Shown: positions 1 through 11,245, numbered from the whole stretch's first letter. The stretch: DNA of 63,900 nt, filler included, from Octopus bimaculoides (GCF_001194135.2; 8 parts of 7 records of this genome joined end to end with filler, not necessarily neighbours in it), one strand, 5' to 3'. A program made the numbers and translations. The notes: generated by a model from the sequence alone, not told the origin.

Positions 1-471
1 CTTCTCAGGTACAGCATATTTCCAAAGTCTAGTCAGAAGTCATCGCCTCGCTGAGGCCCAATGTTCGAAGGTCGAGCCTCACTACCTCATCCCAGGTCTT
101 CCTGGGCCTACCTCTTCCACAGGTTCCTTCAACTGCTAGGGTGTGGCATTTTTTCACACAGCTATCTTCATCCATTCTCGCCACATGACCATACAATCGC
201 AATCGTCTCTCTTGCACACCACAACTGATGCTTCTTAGGTTCAAATTTTCTCCCAAGGTACTTACACTGTCTAGTATGCACACTGACATTACACATCCAT
301 CGGGGCATACTGGCTTCATTTCTTGCGAGCCTACGCATGTCCTCAGCAGTCACAGCCCATGTTTTACTGCCATGCAGCATGGCTGTTTGTACACATGCGT
401 CATACAGTCTGCCTTTTACTCTGAGTGAGAGGCCCCTTGTCACCAGCAGAGGTAAGAGCTCTCTGAACTTT
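1..471 (-). mobile_element. RTE-clade LINE, decayed C-terminal (post-RT) fragment
   Basis: Two frameshifted ORFs: KFRELLPLL...KGRLYDACVQTAMLHGSKTW and RRLRLYGHVARM...GRGRPRKTWDEVV, typical of RTE ORF C-termini. Confidence 0.85.
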
Positions 472-638
472 GAGAGCAACCAGCATACATACGTTGATGG
501 AATGACATCATCAGTTTTTAAGTTACAATTTTATAACAGGCGGAAAGAAAAAGACAGAAAAAAATATCTGTTTGAAACGGGATATTTCCTCAGCCGCCCA
601 TTGTAGCCTTTAGATGGAATAAGAACATAAGTGAATTA

Positions 639-1157
639 TTGACCTCTATATCTGGCTCTAAGAAAACGAACATTGGAGTATCTGCATGCTGTACCTTAAA
701 GAACAGCCACAAGAGAGGTAAGCCCTGTTCATTGTGCAATGACATGAGTGAAGTGAATTCCATGAGAAATCATAACAGAAATGTTATGATATATACAGAA
801 GGTGGAACATGTAAAGATTCCCATTTGGTGTACGCTGCAGAATGCACGAAACACAACTTAATTTATGTTGGTTGTATAACAGAACGATTAAACAAAAGGT
901 TTAATGGGCACAGATTCGATGTCAGACACAATAACAGTAGTTTGACAGATCTTGCTGAGCATTTTGTTTCAAGCGGCTGCAATTTTGAAGAAGATTTGAA
1001 AGTGCATATTCTCAGAAAATATTCTGAATCTACCCCACTTTCACTTCTCAGAATGTATGAGGAGAAATATGTTTGCGGGTTATTAACATCATGCCCTGGA
1101 GGAATGAATAAGATGACAGGAGAATATCATCAAATTTATACAAAACTGTTTGAATGA
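639..1157 (+). CDS. Penelope-like GIY-YIG endonuclease (C-terminal part, Neptune-like CxxC linker)
   Basis: CSLC...LVYAAECTKHNLIYVGCITERLNKRFNGHR...E..Y...L...P.GMN motif order. Confidence 0.8.
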   Translation: MTSISGSKKTNIGVSACCTLKNSHKRGKPCSLCNDMSEVNSMRNHNRNVMIYTEGGTCKDSHLVYAAECTKHNLIYVGCITERLNKRFNGHRFDVRHNNSSLTDLAEHFVSSGCNFEEDLKVHILRKYSESTPLSLLRMYEEKYVCGLLTSCPGGMNKMTGEYHQIYTKLFE

Positions 1158-1351
1158 ATATTCTTCTTTCTCTCTTTTGCCTTCCTTTTTTTTTCTGTCG
1201 TCTTCTTTTTTCTATGTTATTCTTTCCGCCTGTTAGAAAATTGTAACTTAAAAACTGATAATGTCATTCCATCAACATATGGACGCTGGTTGCTCTTGTT
1301 CACACTTTACATTTAAATTTCTGTAATTTTGAATTTTTATCACTTCTTATT

Positions 1352-1394
1352 TTGGACTTGACAAAGACAGACGTACTGTTGAAATATCGTTCAA
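1352..1394 (+). ncRNA. Minimal type I hammerhead ribozyme, U3-A8 core variant
   Basis: Stem I TTGGAC/GTTCAA; core TTGACAA+A; stem II GACAG/CTGTT; GAAA; palindromic ATAT; cleavage triplet ATC. Confidence 0.6.
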
Positions 1395-1462
1395 CTAATA
1401 AAATATCTTACAATCGAATCGTGCTCTTCGTCTTGACTAATAATAATAATAATAATAATAAT

Positions 1463-2103
1463 ATAAAAAAATGCCTTAGGAATGAGAACTGTTACGATCA
1501 GGCAAATTCTTATGTATAAAAGGTGTAAATTTCTGATTGCAACAACAGAAATTGCACAAACAGGGAATTAATATTCAAAGATGAAATTACGTAACAACAG
1601 GTATAATACCCACAGAATTTCATGTCCAGTCCTCAATTGTTCAAAGGTAGGTGGTGAACGGTCCGATCCGTATGCAGCCCCCTCTCTTGTTTTGCACTAT
1701 CCACGCCAAGCTCTCCTGTATTTTCAACTCCCCTTTTTAACAGGAAGTAAACGAGATTACCTGCCTCGCTCGTTAACAAGAAGTAAATGAGATTACCTGT
1801 CTCGTCCCATGCTCACTTCCTGTATATATATATATATAGACATACCTACATCATTTCCATTCTGCCAAAAGGTCGTTGACAAACGTTTATCTCACCACAT
1901 TCAGCAAACATTGTAAGCTCTCTCCCTTAATTATATTGTAGATATACATAACAGAACCCAGGTTCGTAATTTCCCCAAGACACCTGATAAAGGCTAGAGG
2001 GAATATCAGCCGAAATGTGTTAACAACAAACAAGATGAGGACAAATATTCATCAAATGTATATAATGTACATAATTCCTCATCTCTTAAATATAGAACTG
2101 TGT
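1463..2103 (+). repeat. HHR-bearing short repeat (copy 1, decayed core, split by solo LTR)
   Basis: 1463-1489 plus 1958-2103 align with 54581-54755; core CTGATAA; stem III deleted. Confidence 0.8.
1490..1953. mobile_element. Solo LTR (464 bp), probably Gypsy-type
   Basis: TGTTA...TAACA termini; 4-bp TSD GAAC at 1486-1489 and 1954-1957; removing it restores the sequence seen at 54599-54612; internal ~33-bp direct repeat 1739-1808. Confidence 0.85.
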
Positions 2104-2159
2104 TACAGTTACTAGTACAGGTATTATTACAATACCTGGTGCAGTATTATTTTGGGAGA

Positions 2160-2856
2160 AAAATGTTGTACCTCCTATAAAAGCAGGTAGTAATTTTACC
2201 TTGTCCTTATTCTTAGTGCAGTTCGATTTTAACAGTTACTTTATCAAAGCTATAATGGAAGTGACAAAGAACGATATTCAACATATTTTGCTTTAGGAGT
2301 TCAATAAAGGCAACAACCCAAAGGAAAGTGTGAGGAATATTAATGCAGTATATGGGGATTGGACAATAAAGTGTAAGCCAGTGTTAACGGTGGTTCCAGA
2401 AATTCCAAGCTGGAAACTACAGCATAGAAGACGAGCTTCGTCCTGGTAGGTCTGTAGAGCTCAATGAGGATGTCCTGCAAACCCTGGTGGAACAAAATCC
2501 CATCAAACCAGTTGAAGAACTAGCAGAAAAGCTTGGATTTGGTCAGTCAACTATTTATCAACACCTGTTTGCCATCGGAAAAGTGAGCAAATTGGGTCAA
2601 TGGGTTCCTCATAAACCTTTCAAGTCTAATTGTGCACAGAGAGTAAATGTGTGCTCTTCTTTGCTGTCATGTCTCACCAATGAACATTTTTGGGGGCTGA
2701 AGAGTAACTGGTGATGAGAAATGGGTTCTCTATAAAAAGACAGTGGGTAGGGAAAGGAGAAACACCAGCAACCCAGGCTAAAAAAGGTCTTCATGTTGTT
2801 ACCTGTTTGGTGGGATAGGAAAGGTTAGTGCACTTTGAACTTTTAAATCCAAGCCA
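2160..2856 (+). mobile_element. Mariner transposase remnant (copy 1, N-terminal half)
   Basis: MEVTK..EFNKGNN..RWFQKF..EDE.R.GR..LVEQNP..ELAEKLG..KLGQWVPH..VTGDEKW..WWDRKG..FELL, with stops and frameshifts. Confidence 0.9.
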
Positions 2857-2975
2857 GTGTATGCATGTGGTGGTATGTATGTGATACTATGTGGTGGTAA
2901 TTGTGTGTATGTGTATGGTGACAGGTGTATGTATGGGTAGGTGTGTGTTTTTGCACATGTGAGTAGACGTGATGG

Positions 2976-3686
2976 TCAGTAGTAGTTGGGGGAAATGGAA
3001 GGATTTTTGAAAGGCAGTATGAAGAGTGTGTGAATGTATATAGAATGGTATATAGAATTTTTAATTTTAGAGTTACTTGATATAAACTTGATTCTGTTGT
3101 AAGTGACTTCAGATACAATAACCTTGTTATTAATATTTCTAGGGGGATGGATGGTATTAGCCAAATTAATGTTAGTATTAGTAAATGTATCACTATTTAA
3201 CAGGCTAATATTATGTGAAGAGATAATTTGTAAGAGATTTTTTGTGTTGGAAAAACCAATCCTAACCGTGTGTGAGTTGATAATAGAATTCTTTAGAAAG
3301 TTCCTAATAATATATTCACGAAACTGCAAAGGAAGATTAGATTTAATTTGCCTCCCATAAGGAATAATTAACCAAATGGTTTTACTATTAGTTACCTTAT
3401 TTTTAGTGTAACTATCTTTGAAAGACGTAGACTTACATTTAGAATGAAAATAGGGGTTTAAATAAGAGTTATTTCCCTTCCTCTGTTTGGTGTTGGAGTA
3501 TAAATTAAATTTAATATCAGTTATATCCATACAACTAGATTTCATATCTCCATTAGTAAAGGCAGAATAAGATTGAATGGAATTAATGTAGGTAATTTTC
3601 TCTGTATAACCTGCTTTAAGTAAGGCAGAGTTATAAAATTCAGCCTTATTATTGAAAATGTCAACATTAGCAGATAACTTAGACAA
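2976..3686 (-). pseudogene. PLE thumb/linker region continuing the RT
   Basis: LSANVDIFN..Y..ALLKAGY..IWLIIPY..IKSN..F...I..NF..TVRIGFSN.KN...IISSHN pattern. Confidence 0.7.
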
Positions 3687-3748
3687 TCTAAATGAAATAT
3701 TCTAGAATGATTACTGAATTTACTAATAAACTTAAGATTGGTCGATGG

Positions 3749-4510
3749 TTAGTGGTATGGGAAATATGAATTATTGTGCAAGTGTAATATCTTGTTGGCC
3801 TTCATTACATCATCATCAAAAACGATGCTTAAGCCCATTCTAAGGAAAAACTTAATTAAACTATTCTTAACTTTTTGTACTTTTGGTTCGGAAACATTTT
3901 GAAGGTAAAGTAAACAATCATCACAATATAGACCTCCATTTATGTTTGGGAACTGTTCTGCTATTTCAAAAGGTATATATATACAGACTAAATCAGTTAC
4001 TTGTGCTGAATCAGAACTTCCCATTGTAACATCAAAATCATCTGGTGTGTCTTTACGGACCCACAACTTATTGTCAAACTTTATGATAGATTTTCTGGCG
4101 ACCAACACAACATTAATTTCTTCCCTGGTGAGACCAGCTTTGTTATGAGCAAGCCAAAGTGCCTTGTTAAGTACAATTGGGTTGATGGATGAATAAAAAC
4201 TAGAAATGTCAAACTGGATAAACTTAGTGTTCCTCTTATTAGTAATAGAACTAAACCAGTCAACAACTTGGAATGAATTGGACCATAAACTAAGTTTTAA
4301 TTTTTTAAATAATGTAGGAACATATTTATCTAGTATATTTTTACTAAGTACACCAATGTCAGAGCTAGAAGGGCAGATAAGTCTTAAGGACGGGTTATTA
4401 GAAAAATTTTGTTTATGATCTTTCAAAATAAACTGAGGTTGCTTAGGATCAAGTGGTTCTGTCTTCATTTGTAAGTTATATTTCTCCATAATTTTCATAG
4501 CCTCAATGTT
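3749..4510 (-). pseudogene. PLE reverse transcriptase (Naiad-like), catalytic motif YCDD
   Basis: LKDHKQNFSNNPSLRLI, FIQFDISSFYSSI, DFDVTMGSSDSAQV, GGLYCDD; premature TAA at 3749-3751. Confidence 0.85.
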
Positions 4511-5386
4511 GGCTTTCTTGAGTACACTTTTATCAGTAATTCTATATATATATATAGGTGAGCAAAAGTGCACATACGCCATTGTATGTATATATAAATA
4601 TATAAAAATGGAATAAAAATGCAATAAGACAATAAAGCACCTGGACAGATAGGCGAACAGGAAAACAACAATTAAAGGGACAGGAAAAAAAGGACGGGTC
4701 ATTTGTGGCCTTCTTTCATTAGTCAAGTTACCAGATGTCCTTACAGTTCAGACCGTTACACTTGAGACAGTTCAATCTGGTTGCCTTCCAAAAAGTCTAA
4801 GCATTAGATTTTTTGTAAGAAAACAAGGGAATATGAAAGACAAGTACAAAAAACAGAGAACATGTTACACAATTACAAATACAAACATCAAGAATATAAC
4901 AACAGGTGTCTTTCGACTAAGAACGAATCAAATTGAGCTAGGGTGTATGAAGTGAAAGCCTAAAGGCAGGAACATAGGAGATGGACATAAGAGGTGTTGG
5001 CGGTCGGCAGTCAGGCCAAGAAAGAAAGATCATGGCTGGCAGAACACCAGTCACAGTGAAGGAGGAGTGAGAGGTAGAGGGCAGTGGGATTGAAGGATTA
5101 GGGGGAAGAATGGGAAAGAGAGAAAAAAAAATCAAAGAGACAAAGGGAAAGGTACAGGGGAGATAAAAAAGAAGGAAAAGTAGGAGTTAAAGAGAGGGCC
5201 AAGAAATGTCAGAGAGGGGGAGTGAGAAAAAGAAAAAATGAAGAAAGTATGAGGGGGACTAAACGACAGAGTAAAAGAATTGTACAGAATTTAGATACAT
5301 ACTTATAAGGTGAGCAAAAGTGTGCGTACGCCACTATATGTATATATATAAATATAAAAAGTGGAAAAAAACACAATACAGGACAA

Positions 5387-6287
5387 TTGGGTCATCCCAT
5401 AACTAATGCAGCTTTTTTCTATTGCATGACAAAAGTTAGAGGGGGACAGGATAAACTACCTTCATCAACTTGCTATAAAAGCAGGTAGTAATTTTACCTC
5501 GTCCTTATTCTTAGTGCAACTTTTGAAGAGTGCAGTTCAATTTTAAGTTATTTTTTCAAAGCTATAATAGAAGTGACAAAAGAGCATATTCGGCATATTT
5601 TGCTTTAGTAGTTCAATAAAGGCAACAATGCAACAGAAAGTGCGAGGAATATTAATGCAGTATATGGGGATCGGACAATAAATGTAAGCCAGTGTCAACA
5701 GTTGTTCCAGAAATTCTGAGCTGGAAACTACCGCCTAGAAGACGAGCCTTGTTCTGGAAGATCTGTAGAGCTTGATGAGGACATCCTGCAAACCCTGGTG
5801 GAACAAAATCCCATCGTAACTGTTGAGGAACTAGCAGAGAAGCTTGGATTTGGTCATTCAACCATTCATCACGAGAAGTAAAATGTCTATCTTTGGTTTC
5901 AAGACGAAAGGTGTTCTTCCATCAGGACAATACTTGGCCACATACAGCGAGGATGACATCCCAAAGGCTGGAGCAGTTTGAATGAGAAATGATACCCCAC
6001 CCACTATATTTGCTGGACATTGCCCCATCTGATTATTATTTATTCTGCAGTCTTCAAAATCATTTGGATGGAAAAAAATATGAATTTTGTAGATGAGGTC
6101 AGAACAGTATTGGAGGAGTATTTTTTGTTACGACCAAGTGAATTTTGTAAGAGGGGCCTTGCAAGTCTCTCAGATAGATGGAAGAGCATTGTAGAAAATG
6201 AAGGAGAGTATATTTAAGATTAAAAAAAGAACTTTGTTAATCTTAATTTTGAAAAATAAAAGCATTATAGGAAAAAACTGCATTATT
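5387..6287 (+). mobile_element. Mariner (copy 2), internally deleted, partial TIRs
   Basis: Same N-terminus as copy 1, joined to HQDN..PH..HPLY..DIAPSDYYLF..RW..IVENEGEYI; TAATGCAGCTTTTTTC at left vs GAAAAAACTGCATTA at right. Confidence 0.9.
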
Positions 6288-6309
6288 AATACACACACAC
6301 TCACACACA

Positions 6310-6654
6310 GGTGGACTTAAAACCTGTTCAATGTTTTTAAGCCACTCTTTTGGCAGGAACCCACAAAGATTTCTCTAACACTTTGAACTCTATACCAAAC
6401 TATATTCAAAAACGACTTCATCAAAAAATCTCCAGACATGTTTTTGAACCCCAGACATAAGATGAACTGTTTTTACTTCAAATTTTTAAAACTTTTTACT
6501 GATATTTGATAAGATGATATTCATGATGAAAACGTGTAGTATTTTCCTTATATAATTTTAAAAATCATTTCTATTAAATTCTTTCTTAAATTGAAATGTC
6601 TTAGATTTATTGCTGTGCTATTTCCATCGCCATCTTTTATATATAAAAATTAGA
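6310..6654 (-). mobile_element. Helitron-like 5' terminus
   Basis: A|TCTAATTTTTATATATAAAAG on the minus strand; TC start after A. Confidence 0.4.
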
Positions 6655-6762
6655 TTTGTATAGATCTCTAATCTTTTTTCAACTATAAATATATGTATAT
6701 ATACATAAATATACATATATATATCTGCAAAAGATATAGGCATATATGTGTATAGTAATATA

Positions 6763-7680
6763 CTAGCAGTTAAACCCAGTTTCACCCGCTCTGTTTGGAT
6801 GATGTGGCCGTGGTCTTTTTTGGTTAGGCATAATGTATAACAGCGTTCCTCAACCTTATCATATCGGGTCCCCTGTTTCAATTGAGGCCTCCAGCTGTAT
6901 GAAAATTTCCTGACTCTCCCCTCCATGTCAGACAACAACTTCAGGAGTTGTGAAGAACAAATTTGTACGTTGTCTGTTTCTGAGAGCTATTCTATTGGAC
7001 CTCTCTCTAATCATTAAAACATTGATTTAATTATGAACATAGAAAGAAGTTATACATTTATCCCTATTTTTGTAAGCAGTTGTATCCGTAAAAAATTTTA
7101 TTTGCAAAGAGCAGAAATTGAAAGATATATGAAATGGACGTGTGTGTGTGCATGCATGCGTTTGTGTATGTGAAAGAGAAAGAGGGTGAGAAAGAGAGTT
7201 TGAGTGAGTGAGTGAAGGTGTATGTCATGATGATTGACATCTTTTAAGGTACACACACATACATAGAAAATGTCATCATAGAAAATGTTTACGATAGTTG
7301 ATTTATGGAAAGGATTATGTTTAATTTTTGAAATGCAAATATGTGAATGAAAATTAAGATCAGACCTCTACATGGTAGGTAGACCTGGTAGAAATAGCAG
7401 CCAAATCTCCCTCAAAACACCCTCGTGTCTTAATCCGACAACTGTGCCTATTATGTAGTTTGAAAACTCCTGAAGAACGAATTTGTACGTAGTGTGTTTG
7501 TGAGAGTTATTGTATTATACCTGTGTCTAATCATGAAAACATTGATTTGATTATGAACATAGAAAGAAATTATATATTAATCCCTATTTTTGTAAGCAGT
7601 TGTATCCGTAAAAATTTTATTTGCAGAGAGCAAAAATTGAAAGAAGATATATGAAATGGATGTGCGTGTGTGTGTGTGTT
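6763..7680 (-). mobile_element. Helitron-like 3' terminus with internal ~200-bp duplication
   Basis: Degenerate GC hairpin then CTAG|T on minus; 6951-7150 repeated at 7471-7678. Confidence 0.4.
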
Positions 7681-7775
7681 TCTGGCTAATTTGGTGGGAG
7701 TGTAGTGGCGCGAATCATACCTATTTACAGGAGTTTTGCAGTCAGCACGAGGTGGTTTGTGTTTATCACTGGAAT

Positions 7776-7875
7776 NNNNNNNNNNNNNNNNNNNNNNNNN
7801 NNNNNNNNNNNNNNNNNNNTTAATTAATTAANNNNNNNNNNNNNNNNNNNNNNNNNNNNNNNNNNNNNNNNNNNN
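7776..7875. other. Artificial scaffold spacer 44N-TTAATTAATTAA-44N (also 9529, 28284, 29987, 42710, 47751, 49998 regions)
   Basis: The same 12-mer is centred in N-runs seven times; it gives stops in all six frames. Confidence 0.9.
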
Positions 7876-9384
7876 AGTGTGTAAGAATCCAATTACTGAA
7901 TTTATGGTGGTATCATCCCATGCTTTAGGATTTTCAATGATGTGTTCAAAAAGGCTGATTATGAAATTATAATTCTCCTTTGTGGTAATAATGAGACGTG
8001 AGGAGTAATTCCATCTAGTTGCTGTTGCTTTCGGAAATCTTTTTTTAACTATGTTATCTAATGCATTAGCCCTTTTCGGTGATTTCGTAAAAAATGTACC
8101 CAGTCCGTTTATTGTAGAAAAAAATATCTTGCATTCTTTCATAGCAGAGCATGATTGTGAAAGAACTAAATTTAAGATATGGGCACAACAATGAATAAAG
8201 ATCGCACATTCATGTTTCTTTCTTACTTTTGCCTGTAACCCATTTAATTGTCCTGCCATTGTAGCGGTACCATCATATGTCTGTGCAATCAATTTGCTTC
8301 CACATTCCCATGTCTCAATGCATTTAAAAACATGTTCAGCTAAAGCATTTGCAGATCGATCTGCACTAACATCACTAAAATCAATAAAGCGTTCTTTTGT
8401 CACACAGTCTTCTGTAACATAACGTAAAACTGTTGACAGTTGTGAATATGCTGAGACATCAGATGTCTCATCAACAAGAATAGAAACAAACTTAGCTTGC
8501 TCAATTTCCTTTTGCATCTCATTCAACATAACTTTATGAATTGCATCAATCAAGTCATTTTGAATTCTGTTTGACAGAAGATAGAAGCTGTATCTAAATG
8601 ACTTTCCATTTTTTTGTCATATTTACTGATTAAATATACGAGTTCTTTATAATTTCCACGATTATTATAGCCTTCAGATTCAAAATGACCCCGAAACGAT
8701 AATTCCTGGAGGCCTAAAAAAATAACAACACCGATCAATCGTTGCAGAATGACTCTGTTTCGTCTAACTTTTTCATTATGATGTTGTATGCTTTGATTTT
8801 TACATGCATCGAATTGTAAGTCTATGCGAACATTCCCGAATATTTTAAGATCTATCAAAGATTTTATATGCCTTTAAGAACGCTCATGCTTTAGCATAGC
8901 CATATGTAAATTATTTAAATCATCATAGCCTTTATCATTCCAAACATGCTTTTCTAAACAAAAAAGTAAACAAGGCCAACAAAATAATTTATTAAGTGTA
9001 GCATTTCCAGTTAACCATTTTTTCTTTTCATACAAATTAACCTGAAATCGTCTCGTGAATTTCTTGTTGTAGCTTCGCAAATTAGGTAAATTTGGTGTTG
9101 GTCTCCTACCGTTTATAATTAATTGTTTTCCATCGAAGTCTCTTTTCGAAAAATTATTTCTCAAAATATCGTTTATTACGCACATTTCACTCATTTCGAA
9201 AAAAGTAACACACGTGTAAGCATCTGCGTAAATTGTAAGTTAATTTCAACAAAACGGAAAAATAACATTAGTTAAATTAATTTAAGATTAATTAGCTACT
9301 TCTGAAATAAGAAATATAATCAAAGGAAGGTTAACTAGGAAGTTAATTTTTGTATGTAGCAGATGTTCAGGTGCAATAAACACT
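7876..9384 (-). mobile_element. hAT transposon (ZMYM1/DUF4371-like transposase), frameshifted, 3' part lost in gap
   Basis: W..K.FCWPCLLF zinc finger; SFRGH.E..N.GNY.EL; ILVDETSDVS; QTYDG; HC.AH.LNL; CAGTG-type end near 9384. Confidence 0.9.
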
Positions 9385-9528
9385 GTGAATGTGCTGAAAA
9401 CAACTTCTGCCACATTCCAGAGAGAAAAACTAGAAGTAGTTGATAGCTTCCGCTATCTGGGTGACCAAATTAGTAGTTGGGGAGGGTGCGCTGAAAGTGT
9501 AGATGCTAGAATAAGAATAGCCTGGGCA
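9385..9528 (+). mobile_element. RTE LINE RT fragment
   Basis: LEVVDSFRYLGDQISSWGGCAESVDARIRIAWA. Confidence 0.8.
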
Positions 9529-9628
9529 NNNNNNNNNNNNNNNNNNNNNNNNNNNNNNNNNNNNNNNNNNNNTTAATTAATTAANNNNNNNNNNNNNNNN
9601 NNNNNNNNNNNNNNNNNNNNNNNNNNNN

Positions 9629-9990
9629 CTTGGTATCCATTTTCATCACTTCTCTCTTTTGCCATTTTATAATTCCCACTCCATACCGAAGTGATGCTAT
9701 CACTCTCGTATTAACTGCTTGGATATTATTCCACCCAGTTAATTTTGAGCGCAACACCAACCTCAGTCTTCCAGAACTCCAGAACACCAAGGTGTTTGTA
9801 TCCTTCCGTTTCAATTTGTCTAATCAAGCCTCTATTCGGTAATTCTATCCCTGCTAGGGACTGTACCTTGCCTCTTCATACATAGATTATTCCGAACTTC
9901 TTGAGTACAAATTCCATTCTAATATCAGTTTCTGCACTTCTTAAGTCCCAAACTAGTTTTTTGTTAGATTCAGATTAACTTAAAACGCTT
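9629..9990 (-). mobile_element. R4/Dong-like LINE RT-thumb fragment
   Basis: RLRLVLRSKLTGWNNIQAVNT...LRYGVGIIKW...MD.K. Confidence 0.75.
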
Positions 9991-10005
9991 CTCCTTCCTT
10001 CTTGC

Positions 10006-10126
10006 TTCCGGGTTCAGTCCCACTTCGTAGCACCCTGCGTAAGTGTCTTCTACTATAGCCTCGGGTCGACCAAAGCCTTGTGAGTGGATTTGGTAGACGG
10101 AAACTGAAAGAAGCCTGTCGTATATA

Positions 10127-10164
<38 letters not shown>

Positions 10165-10385
10165 CGTGCGCGTCTGTGTTTGTCCCCCCTCCATCGCTTG
10201 ACAACCGATGTTGGTGTGTTCACGTCCTTGTAACTTAGTGGTTCGGCAAAAGGGGCCGATAGAGTAAGTAATAGGCTTACAAAGAATAAGTCCGGGAGTC
10301 GATTTGTTTGACTAAAGGCGGTGCTTCAGCATGACCGCAGTCAAATAACTGAAACAAGTAAAAGAATAAAAGAATAAATAAAATA
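10006..10385 (+). mobile_element. SINE family A (tRNA-derived, central microsatellite)
   Basis: B-box GGTTCAGTCCC, conserved body, central (TA)/(TG), tail GAAACAAGTAAAAGAAT. Confidence 0.85.
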
Positions 10386-10399
10386 AAGGGGGTGGGGAA

Positions 10400-11245
10400 G
10401 GAAGGAAAATTCACAGCGACAATGCTCTTCTCAGTACGTACGGCGTACCAGTTAAGACAATCTTTTTCACTTCCTTCATGGATGGTAAGCCAGGGATCAT
10501 TCTTAGATAATGTTCCGTTCCTTTTTTTGATCATTTCAAGTGCTCCTACAATCACTGGTATTGTAACCGTCTTGAGATGCCACACCTTTTCGATTTCGAT
10601 TAGCAAATTTTTAATTTTTCTGAATTTACCGAATTCTTTTGCCGAGATATTATGGTCACAATGTATGCTCATGTCAATCAATAAACAGACTTTATTGTTT
10701 TGGTCTTTCACAACAATATCAGGTTTATTTGCTTTGATGGTCCGGTGTGTACATACTGGGAAGTCTCAAAGAATAGTTATATTTTCTCCCTCAGTTACAG
10801 CCTCAGGGTGGCGCTTGTACCATTTCTCAGCATGTTTTATTTCACTATGCCGACACATTATTCAATGTAGATATTGGCCAACTCTGTCATGTCTTGATTT
10901 GTAATCTACAGGTGCTAAAACCCTACATCCAAATATTAGGTGGTCCACTGTTTCTATCCCATCGTTGCAGTATCGGCACTTTAGGTCTACACCACTTTTC
11001 ATCACATTGGCTTCGTAGTTCCGGGTCAGTAAGTTCTGATCTTGGGCACCCAAGATAAAGCCTTCATTCACTGCCTTTAACCCTGAGCTCCGTAGCCACT
11101 GATGGGTGTGCTTCTGGTCTACATCAGCATGTTTGCTACGGGCCACATATTTGCCATGGAGAGGTTTTTGTTCCCACCTATCAACCAATTGTTCAAACGC
11201 ATTTCGCTTTGCTATTGATTTCACCTTTGCAAATACAGTAGCCAC
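10400..11245 (-). mobile_element. R4/Dong-like LINE 3' part (Zn knuckle + RLE endonuclease), lineage 1
   Basis: WEQKPLHGKY, CRYC..ETVDHLIFGC, RHD, KPDIVV..LIDMSI, TIPVIVGALEM. Confidence 0.85.

Larger units (their letters stand above)
472..1437 (+). mobile_element. 5'-truncated Penelope-like element: inverted pLTR piece, GIY-YIG end, 3' pLTR with hammerhead
   Basis: GIY-YIG ORF; 474-548 is an inverted copy of 1221-1295; HHR fold at 1352-1394; ends at (TAA)n. Confidence 0.8.
2976..5387 (-). mobile_element. Penelope-like element with Naiad-like RT, decayed, no recognisable GIY-YIG
   Basis: RT and thumb ORFs; ~80-bp direct repeat 4555-4632 / 5305-5387 consistent with a pLTR. Confidence 0.8.

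Noticed and set aside
3749-3751. Selenocysteine read-through in the Naiad-like ORF
   Set aside because: The in-frame stop is TAA at a position where Lys is expected, followed by a frameshift; this is ordinary decay.
639-4726. GIY-YIG ORF and PLE RT forming one permuted element
   Set aside because: They are on opposite strands, separated by an LTR, an HHR repeat and a mariner, and resemble different PLE clades.
4690-4730. Hammerhead in the Naiad-like pLTR (minus CTAATGAAAG...)
   Set aside because: No stem II or GAAA follows at a usable distance.
7820-7831. TTAATTAATTAA as a biological motif
   Set aside because: It appears only centred in N-runs; it is a scaffold linker.
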